A DNA stretch of 62,471 nucleotides, the filler included. It is 6 parts of 6 records of this genome, joined end to end, with 100 filler letters (N's around TTAATTAATTAA, not from the genome) between each part and the next. Parts side by side here need not be neighbours in the genome. Positions count along the whole stretch, not along the records: positions 32,582 to 39,232 come from SRR31156797_10615; positions 39,333 to 48,223 come from SRR31156797_10618; 4 more parts are not named here. One strand, 5' to 3'. The notes beneath the pieces were generated by a model, which was not told where the DNA came from, ran no database searches, and saw nothing but the letters and a program-made list of their open reading frames with translations. Shown piece by piece: positions 36,210 through 46,378 of this stretch (position 1 is its first letter; every line of letters starts with the position of its first letter). The translations under genes and the position numbers were made by a program.

Positions 36210-37502
36210 ATGGAAAATGCAGTAAGTAAGAAAAAGCTTTTAATTTTTTTACTAATTATTTACTTTTCATTTATATCGTTTGCTCAAGAGAAAACAAAGA
36301 TAATTTTAGTGGTAGGAGCAGCAGGGCAGGAACTGGAATTAAATCAGGAAGCCGCCAGAATGTATGAGAAGGAACACCCTAATGTAGAGATAGAAGTTTG
36401 GGATACTCCAAATTCAACAACAGCAAGAACAAGACTATATCTTCAATTTTTGGAAAACGAGAGTTCTGAAATTGATATTTATCATATAGATGGTGTTTTC
36501 GTTGGTGATATTGCAGAACATCTACTTGATTTAAATGACTATGGTGTAGATAAAATTGCGCATAAATATTTCGAAGCAAATATAAAAAATAATACAATTG
36601 ATGGAAGGCTATTGGCACTTCCATGGAGAATCGGAGCCGGACTACTATATTACAGAACGGATTTATTAGAAAAATATAACTATTCTGAAGCACCTAAGAC
36701 ATGGCAAGAGCTCGAAGAGATGGCTCAAGTTATACAAGATGGTGAAAGAAAAGCCGGAAATCCTCATTTTATAGGTTACTTATGGCAGGGGGATGCATAT
36801 GAAGGTTTAACTTGTAATGCACTTGAATGGGTATATTCTAGTAATGGTGGAACTCTGATTAATAAAGAGAGAGAAATAACTGTTAATAATAGAGAGTTTA
36901 TTGAAGCAATAAATATGGCAAAATCTTGGATTGGTAAGATTTCACCTGAGAGTGTACTGGGAATGAAAGAAGAAGATGTAAGAGTAACGTGGGAAAATGG
37001 AGATGTAGCTTTTATGAGACATTGGCCGTATCCTTATTCGCTAAGTAAAAAAGAGACTAGTTTTGTTAAAGATAAATTTGATGTTGCTCCACTTCCCGGC
37101 GGAGTAGGAGGAACACCGGCTGCAACACTTGGTGGATGGCAGCTGGCTGTTAGTAAATACAGTGAAAACAAAGAGATTGCTGTTGATATACTAGAGTTTT
37201 TGACTTCTGAAAAAGTTCAAAAGATGAGAGCAGTAAAAGGCTCATTAAATCCAACGCTTAAATCACTTTATCAAGATGAAGATGTGTTAGAGCATAATGA
37301 GATGTTTGAGAAATTATATGATGTTTTTGTAAATGCGGTACCAAGACCTTCCAGTGAATCAGCGCCTAATTATCTGGAAGTGTCAGAGAGTTTTTATGAA
37401 CATGTTCATTCAGTATTAAGAGGTAAAAAAGATACTGAAGAGATGGTTATAGAATTTGAAAATGAATTAAAAGAGATAACAGGTTATCCGTCGGCTAAAT
37501 AG
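36210..37502 (+). CDS. Sugar ABC substrate-binding protein (trehalose/maltose-like, SBP_bac_1)
   Basis: LLYYRTDLL, PKTWQEL, WQGDAYEGLTC, TLGGWQLAVS, PRP. Confidence 0.87.
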   Translation: MENAVSKKKLLIFLLIIYFSFISFAQEKTKIILVVGAAGQELELNQEAARMYEKEHPNVEIEVWDTPNSTTARTRLYLQFLENESSEIDIYHIDGVFVGDIAEHLLDLNDYGVDKIAHKYFEANIKNNTIDGRLLALPWRIGAGLLYYRTDLLEKYNYSEAPKTWQELEEMAQVIQDGERKAGNPHFIGYLWQGDAYEGLTCNALEWVYSSNGGTLINKEREITVNNREFIEAINMAKSWIGKISPESVLGMKEEDVRVTWENGDVAFMRHWPYPYSLSKKETSFVKDKFDVAPLPGGVGGTPAATLGGWQLAVSKYSENKEIAVDILEFLTSEKVQKMRAVKGSLNPTLKSLYQDEDVLEHNEMFEKLYDVFVNAVPRPSSESAPNYLEVSESFYEHVHSVLRGKKDTEEMVIEFENELKEITGYPSAK

Positions 37503-37546
37503 AGAGAATTGCCGGTTTGTGTGTTTGAGTTATTAAGGGGAAAATT

Positions 37547-39232
37547 ATGTTTGAACAATTAAAATTCAAGGGTAATACGAAATTTTCAATTAGAAAAAAG
37601 CTAATGATTCCATTACTGGGATCATTTTTGCTGTTTTTGATTTTATATATTGCCGTAACTCAAATATTAATCAAATCAAACTTTAGGGAGTTCAAAAGAG
37701 GTGTTATAGAAAAGTTATTTAAACTGGAATCAAGAACAGAAGAAAATATAACAAGCTTATCTGAAAAAACCAGAGTTTATTATAATGAAGTATCAAAACA
37801 ATTAGAGGCAGAGAAAACGAATGAAATTACTAGAATTTTTGAAAATTCAATGTTCATCGGATATACATTTACTGATCAAAAATTAAATGAATTAAGTGCA
37901 AAAGCACAAGTATTAACAAATTTAAAAGAAGTAGAACACTTAATTGGTAGTGGAATAGTTGAATCCGGAAATCTGCATAAACGTGGTGAATATTATGAAC
38001 AAACATTTGTAAAAGCAAGAGGTTTAACAGCGATTTATAAATTAGTAAATAATGTTCAGAAACGAATGTGGCCAGAAGGGGATACTACAATAGATGTTAA
38101 GATCTTTCTAAAAGATGGAAAAGTTGTAGGAAAGAGTAGAAGAACAAATTATAGATCATTTTATAATATCTATAACCCTGATAATATAGAGCTGATCCTG
38201 AATGAAAATGAAGAGGTTGTTCAAGATGTTATATTTTCCTTAGAGGATGGTTTAGCGTATCAAACCTATGTACCTATTCGTGATGTTTATAATGTATTAT
38301 CTGGAGGAATGATTATAACTTATCCTCTTAATAAAGAGTATATCTCAGAACTTGCGAAATATACCGGAAATGAAGTTATGATTTTCGATGTAAACAAATG
38401 TTATGCTTCTACTTTTGAGAATGAAATAAGTAGTATTGATAAAAATGAGCTGTTTAATGAGCTGAAAAATAGGGACTTTACAACAAGAGAATTGATGTAT
38501 AAGCAAATAAAATATAGAGCGGCCTTTTATCCTATCAAAGACGTAAATGATAAAATACTGGGAGTTATAGGTTATGCTGTTAATCTTATAGGTTTAGAAG
38601 AGTCACTTGATAATATAGTAAAACAGCAGGAAACAACACTTTATTTATTACAGGGGTTAAAAGCTCAATCACTTAATTTATTTGAAAAAGATATAAAAGA
38701 ACTTGACGAATATCTACAGATATTGGAGCAGAGAATCAATAATATTACTTTTAGAATTATTGGAGTTCTTTTACTTCTTGCATTGATATACTTCCTGGGA
38801 ACAATAGCTTATATATCAAGAATAATAATTGGACCGATAACGAAATTGAATGAAGGGGTTCAAAATATACGTGCCGGAAAATACGGTTCTAAAGTTGAAG
38901 TTAATACAAATGATGAATTTGCTTATCTTGCTGAAGGTTTTAATAAAATGAACCTTGATTTAAAAAGAAACTTTGAACAGATAAATGACCAAAAAAATAA
39001 ACTGGAAGATCTCAATAAAAATCTTGAAAAAAAAGTAGCAAAAAGAACCGAAAGTATTCAAAAGCAGAAAAAAGAGTTGGAGAAGCAAAATCAAGAAATT
39101 ACAGACAGTATTTTATACGCGGAAAGTATTCAAAACTCTATCCTGCCAAAAGATCTGGATTTGGTTAAAAAAACAAAAGATCATTTTGTTATATGGCGAC
39201 CGAGAGATATAGTTGGTGGAGATTTTTATTGG
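37547..39232 (+). CDS. Membrane sensor with HAMP, coiled coil and SpoIIE/PP2C phosphatase (3' partial)
   Basis: Two TM, GPITKL..NDEFAYLAEGFNKM HAMP, SILYAESIQNSILP..WRPRDIVGGDFYW. Confidence 0.82.
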
Positions 39233-39332
39233 NNNNNNNNNNNNNNNNNNNNNNNNNNNNNNNNNNNNNNNNNNNNTTAATTAATTAANNNNNNNNNNNN
39301 NNNNNNNNNNNNNNNNNNNNNNNNNNNNNNNN
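39233..39332. other. Artificial contig spacer
   Basis: N44-TTAATTAATTAA-N44. Confidence 0.98.
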
Positions 39333-39652
39333 ATATCCCGCGTTTCATCAACCCTTTCCCGCCATTCGGTGTCTTCAATGTTCATCACCACCTGGCCGGC
39401 CTTGACCATTTCCCCTTCTTTTACTTCAGCAGGCAAAACCCGGCCTTCCATGGGCATGGTCACATGGTAAATATGGGGCAGGGTTGTACGGGCCCGCTCC
39501 TCGACATATGCTTGAATACTCCCTTGTGCGACCTGTGCGGCGTGAATCGGCGCTTTTTTGGTCAATTCACTTACAATTCCCGCCGCAACCGCCAAAATTA
39601 CCAGGATAATAACGATCCACCATCCCCAGCGAACCTTGCCTTTTTTTGCCAT
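39333..39652 (-). CDS. Efflux periplasmic adaptor (HlyD/MFP; 3' partial)
   Basis: N-terminal TM; VTMPMEGRV..VKEGEMVKAGQV lipoyl-like motif. Confidence 0.8.
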
Positions 39653-39724
39653 ATTGTTTTCTCCGCTCAAACTTATTGAAAAATCAAATTATTTCTGTTT
39701 ATTACATCGGGGAGCCCGGAATTC

Positions 39725-42103
39725 TTATTCCTTGAGACTAAGAGCCTCGACCCAGTTTTGGGCCCGGAGGCTGCGTACGACGATGATTTGGGACATCAAC
39801 ACAAACAAGACAGTCAAGGCTATGGTATAAACGTAGCTTATCGGTTCAATCGTTGCCGGAAAGGCGTAAGCGTCAGTGGCCACGCCCTTCATAGCCCCAA
39901 TGATCATGGCGCGTCCTAATGGCAGTCCCAAGAGAGCGCCAATAACGTTGTTCACCATGTTCTCACGCAAAAACAGTCTACCGACTTCAAATTCGTAATA
40001 CCCCATGGTCCTGAATGTCGCCATTTCACGGCGGCGTTCCGATATGGCTATCAGGGCGCCGTTGAGTATCGTGCCCAGAAAAATGACAGCGGCAAAAACA
40101 ATCATGACCGCTGCCGTGGAACGCATGGCCCCGTCCATCTGCCTCTGAAGGGCTTCCTTCTGTTGCCTTAGATCGGAAACTGTTTCGAGACCGGGCATGG
40201 CTTTGATCCTGGCCATGAATTTTCTTTTTTCCTCGTTATTATGCCGGACCAGGATGCGAACTTCACTGACCGAAGACTGTTCACCAACAATCCGGTTGAG
40301 CCATCGGTAATCGGCATAAACCACAAGACCCATAATTCCTGCGACTTCCTGGATCACTGGAACTTTTCTTGCTGTTTTCTCGCCCTTTACCGGCAAAATA
40401 TCAACGTAATCTCCCGCCTTGATCCCCAGCCTGTCCATCAGGCGATCGGCCATCAGCAGTCCGCTTTCCGGTATGGCAATGACCCGCCCCTGTTCATCCA
40501 GCGGGTCGGTCAACTTGCTTGAATTTATTATGCCCATGACAGCGCCTTTTTTCGTCCTGTTTCCAACCTGGAAAGTGCAGGGAACGTTGAAAACCGGTTC
40601 GGCATGAATGACGCCGGGCAACCGCCGGATTTCATCGACGCAGTCAATGCTCATTTCCTTGTTAAAGGTCAGGTGGTAATCGCTGCGAAGATTCCGGTCG
40701 AATTGCAATTCGACCATCCGGTCTATGGAGTCCACAAATCCGAAAGCCAAAACCACGATGGAACTGCCCAGGGCCGCGGCGAAAACCGCAACCAATGTGC
40801 GCCTCTTGTTGCGCAGAATGCCCCTGATAATCATCTGCCATTGCGCATCCAGGCTCAGCCAGAAAGCGCGCCATTTCTCAAGAAAAACCTGCCCCCCCAC
40901 AGGCGGCGCCGCAGTACGCATGGCTTCGGCCGGTTCAAGGTTTATGACCTGCCGCACCCCCTTGATTGTTCCCAGTATGGAGAAAACAACGGATATGGTT
41001 ACGCCGGCGAGGGCCAGCCCCGGGTAGAAACGGTTCACCAGTTTGGGGAATGAAAAATATTCCAGGTACATGCCGGTAATGGCGCCTCCCAGCCAGTAGC
41101 CCAGCAGGCAGCCCATAATACCCCCGGCAAAGCCGGCCGCGGCCGCGAATTTGAGGAAGTGGAACATCAGTTCGCGGTTGCCGTATCCCAGGGCCTTGAG
41201 CGTGCCGATTACGGTCCGCTGCTGTTCGGCCAAACGTATCATAAGCACGTTAAGCACGAGTGCGGCTACTATCAGGAAAAACGATGGCAGGGTTACGGCC
41301 ATGCTTTGGAGCCCCTTCATTTCGCCGTCCAGAACCATGGCCGAAAATTGTTCTGAGCGGGGCAGACTGACAAACACGCCATAAGGCTCGAGACGGCGGG
41401 ATAGTTCTTCAACAATGCCTTTGACATTTTTACGCGCTTCCGGCGCCAACAGGCCGACGACGCTGTTGCAGGCGCTGTTGAACCCGAAGACGTCTTCGGC
41501 AAAGCTGCGTTTAATGTACATAAGGCCGTAGCTTTCAGGCTCGTCAACCATGCTGCCCGGTGAAGACATGTAAACGAATTCCGCGCTGATGGCCGTGCCG
41601 GCCACTATCAATTCCTTGCGCTGATTGTTAAGAACCGCCGTTATTTCGTCGCCGGGTTCTATACCGCGCGCCTCGGCGAACTTTTCCGATACAATAACCT
41701 CGTTGGAGCGGCCGTGGGTGAAGTATGTCCCTTTGCGGATAATAAAGTTGTTAATCACCGGCTCCCGCTGGTCCGGCATGGATATAACCATGGCCCCCAC
41801 GGGTTTTGGCGAATCCGGCAGATCCAGAACCACCCGGAACTGGATACGGTCGCGTATTTCAGACACTCCCGGGACCGCGGCCAGCCGCTCAACTTCCTGA
41901 ACAGGGCCTTTTTTAAGATCGATCCAGAAATCGGCCATGCGGCAGGAGGAATAGTAATCGGTCTTGGCAATATGAAGGTTGCGCGATGCCGACAGCATGC
42001 CGATGAAACAGCCGATGCCAACGGCGATAATAGCGCTGACAGCCAGCAGAGTTCCCTTGCTCCGCCCTATGTCACGGCGGAGTTTGCGGTCCAGGACGCT
42101 CAT
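39725..42103 (-). CDS. Double FtsX/MacB-like ABC permease
   Basis: True start MSVLDRKLRRD (TAATG overlap); QRTVIGTLKALG and ERRREMATFRTMG repeats. Confidence 0.88.
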   Translation of the reverse strand: MSVLDRKLRRDIGRSKGTLLAVSAIIAVGIGCFIGMLSASRNLHIAKTDYYSSCRMADFWIDLKKGPVQEVERLAAVPGVSEIRDRIQFRVVLDLPDSPKPVGAMVISMPDQREPVINNFIIRKGTYFTHGRSNEVIVSEKFAEARGIEPGDEITAVLNNQRKELIVAGTAISAEFVYMSSPGSMVDEPESYGLMYIKRSFAEDVFGFNSACNSVVGLLAPEARKNVKGIVEELSRRLEPYGVFVSLPRSEQFSAMVLDGEMKGLQSMAVTLPSFFLIVAALVLNVLMIRLAEQQRTVIGTLKALGYGNRELMFHFLKFAAAAGFAGGIMGCLLGYWLGGAITGMYLEYFSFPKLVNRFYPGLALAGVTISVVFSILGTIKGVRQVINLEPAEAMRTAAPPVGGQVFLEKWRAFWLSLDAQWQMIIRGILRNKRRTLVAVFAAALGSSIVVLAFGFVDSIDRMVELQFDRNLRSDYHLTFNKEMSIDCVDEIRRLPGVIHAEPVFNVPCTFQVGNRTKKGAVMGIINSSKLTDPLDEQGRVIAIPESGLLMADRLMDRLGIKAGDYVDILPVKGEKTARKVPVIQEVAGIMGLVVYADYRWLNRIVGEQSSVSEVRILVRHNNEEKRKFMARIKAMPGLETVSDLRQQKEALQRQMDGAMRSTAAVMIVFAAVIFLGTILNGALIAISERRREMATFRTMGYYEFEVGRLFLRENMVNNVIGALLGLPLGRAMIIGAMKGVATDAYAFPATIEPISYVYTIALTVLFVLMSQIIVVRSLRAQNWVEALSLKE

Positions 42104-42822
42104 TACCAGGTCAACTCGCGAGCGGGTTTCGGGTTTTCTATTATTTTTACATCTGAAATCCGGCCGTCGGTAATAAACGCGGCGCGGTTGGCCATCTGGG
42201 CGATGGAAGGCGCATGGGTGATCATGACCACTGTTGTCCCGGTTTTTTGATTTATGTCCTGGAGCAATTCCAGAACCCTTATTGAAGTATCGTGATCGAG
42301 GGCGCCGGTGGGTTCGTCGCACAGCATCAACCTGGGCTGCTTGGCAAGGGCCCTGGCAATAGCCACCCGTTGCTGTTGACCGCCGGAAAGCTGGGACGGG
42401 AAATGGTCCAATCGGTCGCCAAGTCCGACCAGATCCAGGGCTTCGGCCGGGTCCATTGGATTATCCGCTATCTCCACGGCCGTGGCTACATTTTCAACAG
42501 CCGACAGGGTCGGCACCAGGTTATAGAACTGGAAGACAAAACCGACATTTTCCCTTCGGAACCGGGTAAGCTCCTGTTCGGCCAGTGTAGTAATATCCTG
42601 CCCGTTAAAAACAATCGACCCGCTGGTGGGCTGGTCAATGCCGCCGATCATGTTCATCAAGGTGCTTTTACCTGAACCCGATTCGCCCTGAACAATCAGC
42701 AGTTCACCTGCATGAATGTCCAGATCCACACCCCTGAGCACCCGGACTTCAACTTCGCCCAGGGTAAATACCCGGTGAATGTCCTTAAGGTGCATCAGGT
42801 AACCGTTGCCGCCCTTATCCAT
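42103..42822 (-). CDS. ABC ATP-binding protein (MacB/LolD-like)
   Basis: GESGSGKS, LSGGQQQR, CDEPTGALD; AAGGA RBS. Confidence 0.9.
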   Translation of the reverse strand: MDKGGNGYLMHLKDIHRVFTLGEVEVRVLRGVDLDIHAGELLIVQGESGSGKSTLMNMIGGIDQPTSGSIVFNGQDITTLAEQELTRFRRENVGFVFQFYNLVPTLSAVENVATAVEIADNPMDPAEALDLVGLGDRLDHFPSQLSGGQQQRVAIARALAKQPRLMLCDEPTGALDHDTSIRVLELLQDINQKTGTTVVMITHAPSIAQMANRAAFITDGRISDVKIIENPKPARELTW

Positions 42823-43023
42823 GTTGTATTTCCTTGTTGTTTCGATTCCCATGTTCAAATTAACAAATCGGATAACGAACTTCAACCGATTAAGGCGCAA
42901 TTAAACCAGTTCGGCAATTTTGATGGAATTCCGGGTATAATTTGTTGTTGTGCTGTAGATCAAGGGCCATGCCGAGGCGGTTGTCAAACCGCCCCTACAT
43001 GACAAAATGAACCATTGCCAAGA

Positions 43024-44355
43024 TTATTTTATCAGCACCGACGGCAGCCAGGTTATTGTTTGCGGGAAGATGACGCAGATGATCAGGCCAAGTTCCATGA
43101 GCCTCCAAAAGGGAAAGGCGCCCCAGTATATATCCCCGGTTTTCACTTCGGGCGGGGCCACGCCTTTTAAATAAAACAAGGCGTACCCAAAAGGCGGGGT
43201 CAGGAATGAATCCTGGAGCATGACCGCGATAATGACCACAAACCACAGTTTGTCAAAACCGAGTTCGGCGGCTATGGGCAGAAAAATGGGAAAGGTTATC
43301 ATGACTATGCCGATCCAGTCGATAAACATGCCCAGGATAAAGCAGATGAGCATCATAATGACAAAAGTTCCCCACTTGCCCAGGCCCACGCCCATTATCA
43401 TGTTCCGAACAACGTCTCCTCCTTCGAACATCATGAAAACGCCGGTAAAACAAGTGGCGCCGACCAGGACGACAATAACCATGGCTGTTGTTTTGGCCGT
43501 TTGGATGGCTGCGTGGTACAGGCTGCGCCAGCTAAAGCGGCGATAGGCCAGGATCATGAGAAAAGCCAGTAGAGCGCCCACGCCGGAAGCTTCAGTCGGA
43601 GTGGCAATGCCGGTGAATATGGAGCCCAAAACGCCGAGTATCAATATCATGGGCGGGACAAGGGATTTGAGGACCATCATCCAGATTTGCTTCCTGGTGA
43701 CCGCGGCCCTTTCTTCGATGGACAGGGACGGCCCGATTTCCGGTTTAAAGTAGCATTTTATGAGGATGTAGATGATGTAGAGACTTGATAGAATCAGCCC
43801 CGGGACAATGGCGCCGGCAAACAGTTTGCCAACGGAAATCTGGGACTGATTGCCCATGACGATGAGCATAATGCTTGGCGGGATGAGTATGCCCAGGGTT
43901 CCGCCGGCGCAGATGCATCCGGCGGCCAGCCTTTTGTCGTACCCGTATTTAAGCATGACCGGCATGGCCAGGAGCCCCATGGTCACAACGGAGGCGCCGA
44001 TGATTCCCGTGCAGGCCCCAAAGAGGGTTGAGACGACGACCACGGCCACGGCGATTCCGCCTTTTATGGGACCGAACAGGTAGCGCATGGCGTCGAAAAG
44101 ACTTTCGGCCACTCCGGAGCCGTCCAATAGCTGTGCCATGAAAATGAACAATGGAATGGCCACCAGGATATAGTTGTCCATAATGCCGTAGGTCCGGTTC
44201 ATGAACATGTAGAAGACCGAGGAACCATGACCGAGGTAGCCGAAAATGACTGCCAGGCCGCCCAGGACAAAGGCCAGGGGGTGGCCCATGAACAAACCAA
44301 TGAGCAGACCGACAAACATAAGAATCGTGGCGAGTTCCGGGCTTAATTCGATCAT
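43024..44355 (-). CDS. dctM: TRAP transporter large permease
   Basis: AIPLFIFM, GTLGILIPPSI, ATPTEASGVG, FLTPPFG. Confidence 0.92.
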   Translation of the reverse strand: MIELSPELATILMFVGLLIGLFMGHPLAFVLGGLAVIFGYLGHGSSVFYMFMNRTYGIMDNYILVAIPLFIFMAQLLDGSGVAESLFDAMRYLFGPIKGGIAVAVVVVSTLFGACTGIIGASVVTMGLLAMPVMLKYGYDKRLAAGCICAGGTLGILIPPSIMLIVMGNQSQISVGKLFAGAIVPGLILSSLYIIYILIKCYFKPEIGPSLSIEERAAVTRKQIWMMVLKSLVPPMILILGVLGSIFTGIATPTEASGVGALLAFLMILAYRRFSWRSLYHAAIQTAKTTAMVIVVLVGATCFTGVFMMFEGGDVVRNMIMGVGLGKWGTFVIMMLICFILGMFIDWIGIVMITFPIFLPIAAELGFDKLWFVVIIAVMLQDSFLTPPFGYALFYLKGVAPPEVKTGDIYWGAFPFWRLMELGLIICVIFPQTITWLPSVLIK

Positions 44356-44855
44356 AGTTCTTCACCTTTGATCAGGATCGTAAATCTGCGGATGAAAACG
44401 GAGAGCCCCTGGATAAGCAGGAGCGCCGCGGCTATGGGAATGACGGTTTTTATGGGATATAAAGGCGGAGCAAAGACGCTCCAGCTTGTTTCTTTCATTG
44501 CCCAGGAAGTCTTGGCAAAGGTTATACCTTCCGAAAACAGAATGATGCAAAACGGAAAGAAAAAAATCAGGTATGAAATAACATCGACCACGGCTTGTTT
44601 TCGCAGGCTCAATTTTTCATGAATCAGGTCGATCGCCACATGACCTTTGTGCAGCAGGGTGTAGCCGGCCAGTATCAAAAAATAGAAACCGTATAATTGC
44701 TTCACGACTTCGAAGTTCCAAATGGTCGGCCTGTTCAGGAACCTTCTCATTATCACTTCCGTTACAACCAGAATGGAAATGGCAACAATGGTCCAGGAAA
44801 AAATTCTTCCGACCCATTCGTTAATCGAGTCCAGAAAATTTAGAAAACGCCCCAC
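44352..44855 (-). CDS. dctQ: TRAP transporter small permease
   Basis: EVIMRRFLNRPTIW, HVAIDL, PLYPIK. Confidence 0.88.
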   Translation of the reverse strand: MGRFLNFLDSINEWVGRIFSWTIVAISILVVTEVIMRRFLNRPTIWNFEVVKQLYGFYFLILAGYTLLHKGHVAIDLIHEKLSLRKQAVVDVISYLIFFFPFCIILFSEGITFAKTSWAMKETSWSVFAPPLYPIKTVIPIAAALLLIQGLSVFIRRFTILIKGEEL

Positions 44856-44960
44856 CCGGAAGACCTCCTGTTGTTAATCGGACGCAACCCGGATCGTGCA
44901 ACCGGGAATGATTTATCCCGGCTGTAAGATCCGGATTCGAACGAAATGAAAATGTTAGGG

Positions 44961-44996
44961 CCGGCCGCCTGTGAGCACTGGCATAAAGGCGGCCGG
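44961..44996 (-). terminator. Stem-loop downstream of dctP
   Basis: CCGGCCGCCT...AGGCGGCCGG 10-bp stem; a second long hairpin lies at about 44888-44933. Confidence 0.5.
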
Positions 44997-45009
44997 ATTA
45001 AAGTTAAAT

Positions 45010-46101
45010 TTACTTGACCTGCTGTTTAATAGCCTCAAGGTCGGGCAGGGATGGATTGCGTCCGTAAGTAAATGGAGAAGCGATTTCTCTCCAGGCCGCT
45101 ATATCAGAGAGAAATTTAAACTGGGAGTATGCCACCTTGGCGAAAAGCGGGTTTTCCTTGGCCGATTCCACTGTGAACTTGTTGGTGATGTCCTGGGCTT
45201 TTTTGAGGTCCTCCGGTCCAAGGCGGGTTATTTTTACCTTCTTCTTGAAGTTGGCGGTGCCGTCAATTGATCCGTATTCAAAGAAAGTGAACGACCAGGT
45301 GAAATTGGCCATGGCCGCTATCTTGAGAATTTCCTGTAATTCAGGACCTAACTCGTCCCAGGCTTTTTTATTTATCATGACCCCAAGGAGGGAGGCGGGC
45401 TGATGCCAGCCAGGCGTGGCCCAGTATTCGGTGACTTCCTGGAAGCCCATTCCCCAGTCTATGCTTGGGCTGCAGAATTCGCCGGCGTCAATAACGCCTT
45501 TTTCCAGGGCCTGATAAATTTCTCCGCCGGCCATCATTACCTGGGCGGCGCCTATTTCCTGCAAAATCTTGCCCTGGGTCCGGCCGGACATACGTATTTT
45601 CAACCCTTTGAAGTCGGCCAGGGAATTAATGGGCTTGTGACCTCGAACGCCTGATTCCATGGGAGTAACGCCGAAGGGCAGGTACACGAGGCCGAACTTG
45701 CCGTAAACTTCCTGGTAAAGTTCAAAGCCGCCGCCTTGCCAGATCCAGACCATATAATCAATGGGGGTCAGACCATAAGGATAGGAACCAAGCAGGTCAA
45801 AGGCAGTGTCTTTTCCTGACCAGTAGTTGGGCCATTCGCCGCCGGCCTGCAGCGTGCCCTTGGCCACTGCGTCGAACAATTCAAAGGGCGGAACCAACGA
45901 ACCGCCTTCAAAGAATTTTATCTGCAGTTTCCCCTTGGCAAGTTTATTGACAATTTTAACAAAGTTTTTATCCGCCTCGATCAATTGGATGGCGGGGGTC
46001 CAGGTTGTGGACATTTTCCATTTAATGGGGCCGGCCGCCAGTGCGCTTTGAGCGATAACCAGAGCCATGATAACCGTGACAACCAGAATCAACCTCTTCA
46101 T
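45010..46101 (-). CDS. dctP: TRAP substrate-binding protein (TakP/FcbT1-like)
   Basis: KWKMSTTW, ELFDAV..G, YWSGK, GLKIR, EIYQALEKGVIDAGE, PGWHQP. Confidence 0.88.
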   Translation of the reverse strand: MKRLILVVTVIMALVIAQSALAAGPIKWKMSTTWTPAIQLIEADKNFVKIVNKLAKGKLQIKFFEGGSLVPPFELFDAVAKGTLQAGGEWPNYWSGKDTAFDLLGSYPYGLTPIDYMVWIWQGGGFELYQEVYGKFGLVYLPFGVTPMESGVRGHKPINSLADFKGLKIRMSGRTQGKILQEIGAAQVMMAGGEIYQALEKGVIDAGEFCSPSIDWGMGFQEVTEYWATPGWHQPASLLGVMINKKAWDELGPELQEILKIAAMANFTWSFTFFEYGSIDGTANFKKKVKITRLGPEDLKKAQDITNKFTVESAKENPLFAKVAYSQFKFLSDIAAWREIASPFTYGRNPSLPDLEAIKQQVK

Positions 46102-46378
46102 TTTGTCCTCCTTCTAACCCTCAACAAGGGCATGGTTTCTGAAGCTTGCATGGTCATTTGATCGGCTTTTTCCGATGACTCCCCGCGACTTGCCGCGGGG
46201 CAGCTCATTTAAAGAGGGAATAATTTTGAAACGTTGATAAGCTTAATTGCCGTTATTGCCCAATGATGCCTGTTCACCTCCTAGTTTTAATCTTCCAATC
46301 GTGTTTATCGAGACTATGCAATTATATTTTTTATTGAAAAGCCGACTTGAAAACGGTTCATGGAAACTTGTCGACTTC

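Noticed and set aside
42104-42322. N-terminal extension of the 865-aa permease ORF
   Set aside because: Overlaps the ABC ATPase in another frame; the true start is the TAATG-coupled ATG at 42103.
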